A DNA stretch of 64,000 bases from Nitrincola sp. (GTDB lineage: Bacteria > Pseudomonadota > Gammaproteobacteria > Pseudomonadales > Balneatricaceae). Of this stretch, positions 55,872-64,000 are shown piece by piece (positions within the stretch are counted from its first letter, which is position 1; each line of letters begins with the position of its first letter). The stretch lies in the NCBI GenBank assembly GCA_021208565.1, contig JAJOJN010000098.1, forward strand, positions 313 to 64,312, in the 5' to 3' direction. Below the pieces are notes generated by a model, which was not told the DNA's origin, did not search any database, and saw only the letters and a list, made by a program, of their open reading frames with translations. A program made the translations under genes and the position numbers.

Positions 55872-56655
55872 ATGGTTAAACAGGCAGAAGTTATTAGCCT
55901 TCCTGAAAGTGCCGATCATCATGACCATCACCACCATCAACTGGTGTTTGGTCTTGAAGGCGCAACGGCTTTCGACATTTCCGGCCATACCCGTCCAGTG
56001 GGTTCCGGAATGGGTTGTTTATTGCCTTGTGAAACAGATCACGCCTTTTGGGGTGTTGGTGATAACAGTATTATCGTGGTTAACCTCGAACCCGTTCAGT
56101 TAGACCCTCTGTTACAACCTAGAATCGATGCTTTATTTGAGAAATCGCGATTCGTTCACTGCAGTAGCGACTTACAAGTACTGATCGCCGCACTGAGTCG
56201 TGAAATGCAAAAAAAATCCTGAAGACTCAATTCTGCAAAGCGCCTGTAGCAACGCCATTATCTGTGCGCTGCAACGTCATTTAGAAGAACAAATCACCAG
56301 CCTGAACAAAGTGCGCACACCGGGTAAAATCAATATGGATGTGATCGATAATTACATCGATCTGCATATCGATCGAAAGATTCGTGTCAGTGAGTTAGCC
56401 GGGCTGGTTTTCCTAAGCAGCAGCCAGTTTTTTGATCGTTTCCGCCAACAAAACGGCCTAACACCCCAACACTACATCCTGAATAAGCGCCTCAAAGGCG
56501 CTCAGGAAGCGCTGCAAAATACCGACACTCCGCTTGTCGATATCGCGGCGCGCTTTGGCTTTACCAACCAAAGCGCTTTTACCCGAGCCTTTACACAATA
56601 CTTAAACATTTCACCCGCAAGGTTTCGTCGAGCCGCCAAGCATGGTGATTCATAA
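55872..56655 (+). CDS. AraC-family regulator, probably PruR-like proline utilisation activator (apparent frameshift in A-run 56209-56216)
   Basis: Cupin N-terminus HDHHHHQLVFGLEG; C-terminal HTH IAARFGFTNQSAFTRAF; near putA. Confidence 0.8.
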
Positions 56656-56758
56656 TGCTATCCTTCCTTAAAACATCTGCTAAAGTAGCGCCACTCGTTC
56701 TTTCTTGTTTATGATAAAAACCTATATAGAATTAGACCTATACGCATAAGGAAATGCA

Positions 56759-57109
56759 ATGTGGAATATCCTAACAACAGACACTTTTGATCAGTGGTTT
56801 GATGCTCAAAACGACCATGATCGCGCTAGAGTCCTAGCCTCGTTGATCGTTTTAAGAGAGCGAGGGCCAAAAGTTAAAAAGACCCTACGCAGACAGTATT
56901 AAAGGCTCTAGATTTCAAAACATGAAAGAGTTAAGGGTTCAAAGTAAAGGTGATCCTATTAGGGTATTTTTTGCTTTCGATCCAAAACGCCAAGGTGTAT
57001 TACTATGTGCAGGACACAAAACCAAGCATGAAAACGTTTTTATGAAGTGATGATTCATATTGCTGATAAAGCGTTTACAGCGCACTTAGAAAGACTAAAT
57101 CAGAGGTAA
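56759..57109 (+). CDS. RelE/HigB-like toxin, missed by the ORF track because of apparent frameshifts
   Basis: Manual translation across frames: MWNILTTDTFDQWFDAQ..LRERGP..RPYADSIKGSRFQNMKELRVQSKGDPIRVFFAFDPKR..LLCAGHK..FYEVMI.IAD. Confidence 0.85.
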
Positions 57110-57112
57110 GCG

Positions 57113-57415
57113 ATGGCAAGAACCTTGGAACAAATCCTCGAAAATGAAAAACCAGATGTTGTCTTAGCTGCAAAAAAAGAAGCGGCCGACATTCTATTAA
57201 ATATCCGCTTATCCGAATTGCGTGAGCTGATGCAACTCACGCAAACTGACGTTGCAAAACAGCTAGGCATAAAGCAACCATCAGTATCTGAGATGGAAAA
57301 ACCTGGTAAAGATCTTAGACTTTCCTCGCTAAAACGCTATATTGAAGCCTCAGGGGGCAAGGTTAGTTTAGACATAGAACTGCCTGACGGAAGCCATCAC
57401 CATATGCCACTTTAA
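57113..57415 (+). CDS. XRE-family HTH antitoxin
   Basis: LSELRE..LTQTDVAKQLGIKQPSVSEME..LRLSSLKRYIEASGG; directly after the toxin. Confidence 0.88.
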   Translation: MARTLEQILENEKPDVVLAAKKEAADILLNIRLSELRELMQLTQTDVAKQLGIKQPSVSEMEKPGKDLRLSSLKRYIEASGGKVSLDIELPDGSHHHMPL

Positions 57416-57443
57416 AGTAACCCAAAGATCATTTTTGAGGAAT

Positions 57444-58274
57444 CTACTTACCCATCTCCTGAGACATCTCAACAGCGCGGTCAGCGCAGGCTTTCATCGC
57501 TTTAAGGAACAGCGCCTCAATACCTTCCTCTTCAAAGGTATGTATAGCGCGCTCGGTAGTCCCTTTGGGTGACATGACATTACGTTTGAGCTGTTCAAAC
57601 TCATCTCCCGTTTCTTGTGCCATGCGCACTGCTCCTAAACCAGTCTGAAGAATCAAACGACGAGCAGCTTCAGCGGGCATACCCAGTTCAATTGCCGCCT
57701 TTTCCATCATCTCGAACACCATGAAGAAATAGGCTGGACCACTGCCTGAAATGGCGGTGACCACATCCAACAAGGATTCTTCTACCACCCACTCCACTAT
57801 GCCGATGCCAGACAACAGCTGATCGGTAAAAGATTGCTGTTCTGGCGAAACGCTGGGTAGCGCGAACAAACCGGAAGCACCTGTTTTAACCAAGGATGGC
57901 GTATTGGGCATACAGCGAACGATGGCTTGCTCTCCCCCCAGCCAATCATTCAAAGTCGACGCGTGCAATCCTGCCGCCACCGAGATAAAGAGTGGACGGG
58001 TTTTCACAGCCTGTTCACGCAACTCGGCACAAACCGCTTTCATAATTTGCGGCTTCACCGCGAGGACTACCACCTCTGCATCGGCGATTGCAGCCACATT
58101 ATCCGTTGTGGTGTGTATACCCAGTTCGTGACGTAATGCCAGTAACGCTTTTTCATCAGGAGCCGTCGCGGTGATGTGATCAGCAGGATAGCCATTGGCT
58201 AACATACCTTTAAAAATGGCACTGGCCATATTTCCCGCACCGATAAAGGTAATTTTCTTCGCCGCTAAGGTCAT
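57444..58274 (-). CDS. proC: Pyrroline-5-carboxylate reductase
   Basis: FIGAGNMA, VRCMPNTP, SGSGPAYF, VMSPKGTT. Confidence 0.95.
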   Translation of the reverse strand: MTLAAKKITFIGAGNMASAIFKGMLANGYPADHITATAPDEKALLALRHELGIHTTTDNVAAIADAEVVVLAVKPQIMKAVCAELREQAVKTRPLFISVAAGLHASTLNDWLGGEQAIVRCMPNTPSLVKTGASGLFALPSVSPEQQSFTDQLLSGIGIVEWVVEESLLDVVTAISGSGPAYFFMVFEMMEKAAIELGMPAEAARRLILQTGLGAVRMAQETGDEFEQLKRNVMSPKGTTERAIHTFEEEGIEALFLKAMKACADRAVEMSQEMGK

Positions 58275-58526
58275 GTCTTTCTCCTAATAATGAACGCAAT
58301 AATAGATCAGCTCTGGACAACACTAGCCAACTGCTGCAGCGAGTGTACTGAGACCATCCCTTGCCTGACAAGCCACAAAGTCGTGTTTAAGACACAACTG
58401 GAGCATTTCAATAAAGCTTCGGAGAATCCTGCAAGACGCTGATCAGTGCTTATACTTAGAGTGGCGCTATTAACAATAACACCTCTCGTCATATTTCTAT
58501 GTGAAGTCAAAATCGAGGACGACACT

Positions 58527-61500
58527 ATGTTCAAGCCACAAGATGTGCTGGATCCCAGCTGGATTCAACGCCCCACTAGCGAACTCTGGAAAGAGATTTC
58601 GCCACTTTACGCCATCGATGAAGATACTTGGCTGACTGAGCTTATGCCCTTGGCAAAGCCCGATGATGCTGAACTCTCTCAAGCTGAAGCACGCGCTACA
58701 CAACTGATTGAGGAAGTACGTGCCGACAGTGATTCCATCAACATGATCGATGCACTCTTGCTTGAATACAGCCTAGATACAAAAGAAGGCATACTGCTGA
58801 TGTGCCTTGCTGAAGCCTTAATGCGCGTTCCCGATGCAGAAACTGCAGACGCCTTGATTCGCGACAAATTGAGTGTGGCTGATTGGAAAAAACATCTTCG
58901 TAACTCAGAGTCCTTGCTGGTTAACGCTTCCACTTGGGGACTGTTGCTGACCGGCAAAGTGGTCACGATGGACGAAAAAGAAGATGGCTCCGCCAGCGGC
59001 ATTTTGAACCGACTGGTCAACCGCATGACCGAACCCGTCATTCGTAAAGCGATGCAACATGCCATGAAAATTATGGGGCACCAGTTTGTGTTGGGTCGCA
59101 CCATTAATGAAGCGATGAAACGTGGCAGTGAATTCCGTCAGAAAGGCTACACCTACTCTTTCGACATGCTCGGTGAAGCAGCACTCACCGCTAAGGATGC
59201 CACAAAATATTTCGATGACTACATGCAAGCCATCGAATTTACAGGCAACTTCGTTGACACCAAAGCGAAGGGACCTCGTCCCAGCATCTCAATTAAACTC
59301 TCTGCACTGCATCCACGTTACGAAGTGGGGCAAGAAGCGCGGGTGATGGATGAACTCTTTAGCACGGTACTAAAACTGATTCAGAAAGCTCGTTCTCTGA
59401 ATGTCGCCATCACCATCGATGCCGAAGAGATGGATCGCTTAGAAATGTCCTTGCATCTGTTTGCAAAACTCTATCGCGACCCTGCCACTCAAGGCTGGGG
59501 CGGCTTTGGCTTAGTCGTTCAAGCCTACTCAAAGCGCGCCTTAGCTGTACTCTCTTGGTTAGCAGCGCTGGCAAAAGAACAAGGTGACTTGATTCCTGTT
59601 CGTCTTGTTAAGGGCGCCTATTGGGACAGTGAAATCAAGCTTTGTCAACAGAAAGGACTAAGCGGATATCCGGTTTGGACGCGCAAAGAAGCCACCGACG
59701 TCTCTTATCTTGCCTGTGCTCGCTTCTTGTTGAGCGAACAGATCAAGGGAGTTATTTGGCCACAATTTGCCAGCCATAACGCGCATACTGTCGCCACGAT
59801 CATGACGCTGGCAAAGCATCAAGAATTTGAATTCCAACGCTTACATGGTATGGGCGATGCCCTCTATGATCGTGTCATCAAACAAGCTGGCGTTAGTGTG
59901 CGGATCTATGCACCCGTCGGCAGCCACAAAGACTTGCTGCCCTACCTCGTTCGTCGCCTACTGGAAAATGGCGCAAATAGCTCTTTCGTGCATCGTCTTG
60001 TGGATGCTCGCTGCCCTGTTTCAGATCTGGTTCAACATCCCTATGTGACCTTAAGCCAGCGCAACACCCTGCATAATCCGCAGATACCGCTACCACGTCA
60101 TATTTTCGATGATCGTGCTAACTCAACAGGCCCTAACATTGAAATTGAATCTCAATGGTTTCCTTTCAGCGAGGCAGTTTCTCGTTTCTGTGAACAACAA
60201 TGGAAAGGACAACCCTATCTGAATGGCAAAGCGGTTGAAGGTCTAGCCACCCATGCCGTCAAAGCACCTCATGATCACCGTATTCATGTTGGCGATGTTG
60301 CTTTTGCAGATGCGGCACTGGTTAACCAAGCGATAGAAGTAGCTTCGGCTGGATTTAATAATTGGAGCACCACACCCGTTACACAACGTGCTGATGCACT
60401 GCGTAAACTGGCGGATCTTCTGGAAGAAAATCTAGAAGAACTTTGCGCTATCTGTCACATGGAAGCGGGCAAAACTATTCAAGATGCCATCGATGAAGTG
60501 CGTGAAGCGGTTGATTTCTGCCGCTACTATGCCAATCAGGCCGAGCAACATTGTGGTCATGCGATCGGTTTAACGCAGCTAGAAGGACAACAATCCGTAT
60601 GGCAGCGCCGCGGTCGAGGTGTGTTTGTTTGCATTAGCCCATGGAACTTCCCCTTAGCGATTTTCCTTGGACAAGTCACGGCGGCGCTGGCAGCGGGTAA
60701 TAGTGTTATCGCCAAACCTGCCGAGCAGACCAGCCTGATTGCCAGTAAAGCGGCGGAATTGATTTATCAAGCAGGTGTTGCCCCTGATGCCTTCACGCTG
60801 TTACCTGGCGATGGCGCGACTGTCGGCGCACCACTGACTAAAGATCCTCGTATTGCCGGAGTGGCGTTTACCGGATCAACCGAAACCGCTCATTTGATTA
60901 ATCGCTCTCTGGCGCAACGTGACAGCGATCCGGTTCCCTTTATCGCCGAAACGGGCGGTCAAAATGCGATGATTGTTGACTCTACAGCCTTACCAGAACA
61001 GGTAGTTAAAGACGCTATTCTTTCGGGCTTTGCTTCGGCAGGACAACGCTGTTCAGCCTTACGCATCCTGTGTGTGCAAGAGGATATTGCGGATCGCATC
61101 ATCGAACTGTTACGTGGTGCCATGGCCGAACAAGTGGTCGGAGACCCTCGCTTACATAGCACCGATGTCGGTCCGGTTATTGATGAGGAGGCACAAGCAG
61201 GACTGCTGGCACACATTGAAAAGATGAAGAAAAACGCCAAACTCATCGCGCAAACACCCTTACCTGCGGAATGTAAACAAGGCACTTTCGTTGCCCCAAC
61301 AGCTTTTGAAATCGGCTCGATCAACGAACTGGGCCGCGAGCAATTCGGACCTATCATTCACTTACTGCGCTATAAAGCCAGCAAGCTTAATGACCTGATC
61401 GATCAGATCAATGCCACTGGATACGGCTTAACACTGGGTATTCATAGTCGCAATGAGCGCACAGCATCCATGATTGAAGCACGAGTGCACGTGGGTAACT

Positions 61501-61646
61501 GCTATATCAATCGTAACCAAATTGGTGCCGCCGTAGGCGTACAACCCTTTGGTGGACAAGGCTTATCAGGAACAGGCCCTAAAGCGGGCGGTCCTCACTA
61601 CCTTATCCGCTACACACAACTCACTCAGGTTGAGGAGACACACTGA
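58527..61646 (+). CDS. putA: Bifunctional proline dehydrogenase/P5C dehydrogenase PutA (no RHH domain, C-terminal domain separate)
   Basis: ATG 58527 behind GAGG; YSFDMLGEAA, RLVKGAYWD, ISPWNFPLAIF, AETGGQN, SAGQRCS, GTGPKAGGP. Confidence 0.96.
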   Translation: MFKPQDVLDPSWIQRPTSELWKEISPLYAIDEDTWLTELMPLAKPDDAELSQAEARATQLIEEVRADSDSINMIDALLLEYSLDTKEGILLMCLAEALMRVPDAETADALIRDKLSVADWKKHLRNSESLLVNASTWGLLLTGKVVTMDEKEDGSASGILNRLVNRMTEPVIRKAMQHAMKIMGHQFVLGRTINEAMKRGSEFRQKGYTYSFDMLGEAALTAKDATKYFDDYMQAIEFTGNFVDTKAKGPRPSISIKLSALHPRYEVGQEARVMDELFSTVLKLIQKARSLNVAITIDAEEMDRLEMSLHLFAKLYRDPATQGWGGFGLVVQAYSKRALAVLSWLAALAKEQGDLIPVRLVKGAYWDSEIKLCQQKGLSGYPVWTRKEATDVSYLACARFLLSEQIKGVIWPQFASHNAHTVATIMTLAKHQEFEFQRLHGMGDALYDRVIKQAGVSVRIYAPVGSHKDLLPYLVRRLLENGANSSFVHRLVDARCPVSDLVQHPYVTLSQRNTLHNPQIPLPRHIFDDRANSTGPNIEIESQWFPFSEAVSRFCEQQWKGQPYLNGKAVEGLATHAVKAPHDHRIHVGDVAFADAALVNQAIEVASAGFNNWSTTPVTQRADALRKLADLLEENLEELCAICHMEAGKTIQDAIDEVREAVDFCRYYANQAEQHCGHAIGLTQLEGQQSVWQRRGRGVFVCISPWNFPLAIFLGQVTAALAAGNSVIAKPAEQTSLIASKAAELIYQAGVAPDAFTLLPGDGATVGAPLTKDPRIAGVAFTGSTETAHLINRSLAQRDSDPVPFIAETGGQNAMIVDSTALPEQVVKDAILSGFASAGQRCSALRILCVQEDIADRIIELLRGAMAEQVVGDPRLHSTDVGPVIDEEAQAGLLAHIEKMKKNAKLIAQTPLPAECKQGTFVAPTAFEIGSINELGREQFGPIIHLLRYKASKLNDLIDQINATGYGLTLGIHSRNERTASMIEARVHVGNCYINRNQIGAAVGVQPFGGQGLSGTGPKAGGPHYLIRYTQLTQVEETH

Positions 61647-62344
61647 TGAACGCTCAAGACGCTATCGTTAAACAAGCCCTCAACGCTTGGGAAGCATGGA
61701 ACCACTTGGGTTTTATCAAACGCAGTGATCGCCTGAAAACCCTAAGCACTGAATTACCGCAAACACGCGATGTGAGCATTAAATCGCTTCTGCGTAGCCT
61801 ACTCGATTTGAGTTTGACGCTAGAGCCCATTCATATCATGCCGGGCCCTACAGGCGAATCAAACGAGCTATACCTGAATGGACGAGGTATCGTACTGGTG
61901 ATTGGTGATGACAGCGCCAGCAAAACCGCGATGGTTGGCCAAGTCATGGCAGCCCTAGCCACTGGCAACTGCGTACTATTACAATGGAATGGTAACCGTG
62001 ATTGGGTAAACGATTTGGTTGAAAAAGCGCACATGTTTGGACTGCCACAGGGTGTAATCCAAGCACTTCCAGAAATGCCACTCGACCAAGCCATGGCCAT
62101 TGAGTCTATCGCGGTAGTAGCCGCTGTCGCCACAAAAGAACAGGTGCGTCAGATGAATCGACTCCTGGCACAACGTGACGGTCTACTGGTTCAACTCGTG
62201 GCCGAAACCGACCCAGATCACTGTACCCACTTGCTTCAGCCGGATCACCTACTGCGCTTTGTTACAGAAAGAACCCGCACCATCAACACCACCGCCGTAG
62301 GTGGCAATGCGACCTTACTAGAGCTCGGCAGCACCGAACTTTAG
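61646..62344 (+). CDS. Stand-alone PutA C-terminal ALDH-like domain protein
   Basis: MPGPTGESNEL..GRG, AALATGN, ERTRTINTTAVGGNATLL; TGATG coupling and its own GAGGAG RBS. Confidence 0.85.
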   Translation: MNAQDAIVKQALNAWEAWNHLGFIKRSDRLKTLSTELPQTRDVSIKSLLRSLLDLSLTLEPIHIMPGPTGESNELYLNGRGIVLVIGDDSASKTAMVGQVMAALATGNCVLLQWNGNRDWVNDLVEKAHMFGLPQGVIQALPEMPLDQAMAIESIAVVAAVATKEQVRQMNRLLAQRDGLLVQLVAETDPDHCTHLLQPDHLLRFVTERTRTINTTAVGGNATLLELGSTEL

Positions 62345-62347
62345 ATG

Positions 62348-62415
62348 GGGGTCGGAGTAACATCTCCTCTGAGATGTTACTCCGACCCCGGGAGAGAGAT
62401 GTTACTCCGACCCCG
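62348..62415. repeat. REP-like cluster: three copies of GGGGTCGGAGTAACATCTC
   Basis: 62348-62366 forward; 62371-62389 and 62396-62414 inverted; first two form a perfect 19-bp hairpin. A truncated fourth copy lies at 63445-63455. Confidence 0.9.
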
Positions 62416-62515
62416 AATTGACGCGGATCAAGGACGAGTGAATTAATGCTCAAAGTCAGTCAATTTAGGAAAAACTCCTATTTTCACGCGTGAAAAATGA
62501 ACTTATATTTGCGCC

Positions 62516-62668
62516 ATCAGATCAGCCAAGGACAGGCTTAAAACTTCAAGAAGAGGTTGTCTGATAATATTTCTTACGAATCAGTCCCGGTCTGAAGGTG
62601 TAAGGCGTTAAACAAGGAAGTTTTAACGAGAGAGGGGATCAAGGCAAGGATGCTGATGTGAACCTCTC
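62516..62668 (+). ncRNA. Candidate Csr/Rsm-type structured RNA (hairpins with AAGGA loops)
   Basis: AGCC-AAGGACA-GGCT, AACTTC-AAGAA-GAGGTT, CGTTAAAC-AAGGAA-GTTTTAACG, GGC-AAGGAT-GCT within GAGAGG/CCTCTC. Confidence 0.5.
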
Positions 62669-62759
62669 ACCCTACCTCATCGTCTAGCTTTGACAAATAA
62701 GCCAAATAACTCGAATAATACTTAAAGCTCCTGGCAAACATACTATCAAGGAAGATACT

Positions 62760-63485
62760 ATGCCAAGAAAACCTCGTGTATGCCCAGTCGGAATACCTCA
62801 GCACGTTATCCAACGCGGTAATAATCGACAGATTTGCTTTGCCAATCAAAAAGACTTTGCGATATACGCCCAATATTTACTTGAAGCCTCCCAGCGTTAT
62901 TCAGTCAATATCCATGCATGGGTATTCATGACAAATCACGTTCACCTACTCGTCACCCCAAAAGCGGATGGCGCCGTGTCTTCAATGATGCAGCATCTAG
63001 GAAGGCGTTATGTGAGATATTTTAATGCACACTATCAGCGCTCTGGCACACTTTGGGAAGGTAGGTTCAAGTCCTGTCTCATTGACTCAGACTCATACCT
63101 GTTTCGCTGCCAACGCTACATTGAACTTAACCCGGTTCGTGCGGGAATGGTGACAAGACCAGAGGACTATCATTGGAACAGTTATCATACGCATGCTAGA
63201 GGAATAGACTCTCAACTTTGGACACCTCATCCTCAGTACTTATCACTGGGAAGCAATAAAATTCAACGAATTGAAGCCTATCAAGAGTTATTCAACAACC
63301 TGTTATCGGGAGAAGAGATTCAAAGAATTCAGTACAGTCTAGAGAAGGAAAAAGCCTTGGGAACTGATCGCTTCCGACTTGAGATGGAAAGACTAACTGG
63401 GATTCGGCAACGCAATGTTAAACCTGGTCCAAAACCTAGAGATGGGGGTCGGAGTCTGTGGTATCCCCACGAATTTAAGACATGA
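62760..63485 (+). CDS. REP-associated tyrosine transposase (RAYT, HUH/Y1 family)
   Basis: QHVIQRGNNRQ, HUH motif TNHVHLL, RSGTLWEGRFKS, catalytic RYIELNPVRAG; REPs on both sides; last residues are encoded by the IS end. Confidence 0.92.
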   Translation: MPRKPRVCPVGIPQHVIQRGNNRQICFANQKDFAIYAQYLLEASQRYSVNIHAWVFMTNHVHLLVTPKADGAVSSMMQHLGRRYVRYFNAHYQRSGTLWEGRFKSCLIDSDSYLFRCQRYIELNPVRAGMVTRPEDYHWNSYHTHARGIDSQLWTPHPQYLSLGSNKIQRIEAYQELFNNLLSGEEIQRIQYSLEKEKALGTDRFRLEMERLTGIRQRNVKPGPKPRDGGRSLWYPHEFKT

Positions 63486-64000
63486 CACTTGATGACCTTT
63501 TTAGCTGCTCTGCAAACTCTTTGATACCCTCTCGCCAGATCCGATCAGGTATTTTAAGGTTATTCATCAGCACACGTTTTCCGAGATAAAAGTGTGATAA
63601 AACTCGGCGTTGACGAGTACTATTGCACTGAAACCGATAGGCTAATCCAGCCAGTTCGATCACCTTTCCAAGCAACACAAGCACCATGATTGCTAGTGTT
63701 GAGAGTAATACTAGCAGGCTTGCTCGTTCAATTTTTGTCGTATAATGTTGCTCAAAGCCCAAACCAAATTTAGTGCTTTTCATATCTCGAAAGCTCTCTT
63801 CAATTTGCATACGTGTCTGGTAAATCATGACACTCTTTTTCGCGAAGCTGCTGTTATATGGCAAAGATGAAACCAGCAGCCAAGGTTCTTTAGCACCTCG
63901 TGCTGCCGTCAGAGATATCTTTGATGATCGCTTGGTGCCATCTTGATTTAATGAATGGCGCCCTTTGGGCTGAGCTTTATACAACGCAAGATGACTATGC
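63456..64000 (-). mobile_element. IS4-family (IS10-group) insertion sequence, right end; continues beyond window
   Basis: End CTGTGGTATCCCCACGAATTT resembles the IS10 inverted repeat (CTGAGAGATCCCCTCATAATTT, from recall); contains the transposase 3' part. Confidence 0.85.
63475..64000 (-). CDS. IS4-family DDE transposase, C-terminal part
   Basis: KEPWLL and YREK signature YQTRMQIEESFRDMKS, FGLG. Confidence 0.92.
   Translation of the reverse strand, partial: HSHLALYKAQPKGRHSLNQDGTKRSSKISLTAARGAKEPWLLVSSLPYNSSFAKKSVMIYQTRMQIEESFRDMKSTKFGLGFEQHYTTKIERASLLVLLSTLAIMVLVLLGKVIELAGLAYRFQCNSTRQRRVLSHFYLGKRVLMNNLKIPDRIWREGIKEFAEQLKRSSSVMS

Noticed and set aside
62348-62415. Three 19-bp repeats as a mini CRISPR array
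   Set aside because: Mixed orientation, spacers of only 4-6 bp, no cas genes; the adjacent RAYT explains them.

Overview
Mostly core chromosome of a gammaproteobacterium. Gene order and protein style suggest Oceanospirillaceae (Nitrincola/Marinobacterium-like; inference). In order: clpB-pgeF-rluD/bamD; a Zur-boxed zrgABCD-type zinc operon; nadE; a reduced minor-pilin cluster; fkpB-lspA-ileS-ribF-murJ/rpsT; proB-obgE-rpmA-rplU; tag; ispB; fabAB; two acyltransferases; sulP-usp; an orphan TAXI protein; thioesterase and ABC1 kinase; pomAB; xseB-ispA-dxs; the rib/nusB/thiL/nrdR/glyA block; HigBA; ettA; a GGDEF and PilZ pair; radA; metY; can; hemE; AraC; a RelE-XRE toxin-antitoxin pair; proC; split putA; a REP-flanked RAYT (HUH/Y1) transposase; and the end of an IS4/IS10-group element. 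About 20 genes, including essential ones, have 1-bp frameshifts, mostly in homopolymers, which points to unpolished long-read errors rather than pseudogenes. The most interesting signals are non-coding: (i) a ~150-nt chain of hairpins with AAGGA loops (CsrA/RsmA-site-like) between the REP cluster and the RAYT gene, inside a unit bounded by 16-bp direct repeats whose right REP is cut by the IS; (ii) two TwoAYGGAY-like elements, one internally deleted; (iii) AYGGAY hairpins in the obgE leader; (iv) a multi-hairpin rplU leader; (v) a sul1-like RNA before sulP; (vi) a probable toxin-antitoxin relic. No rRNA, tRNA or CRISPR array was seen. All structures were derived by eye and all family calls are from recall; no searches were run.
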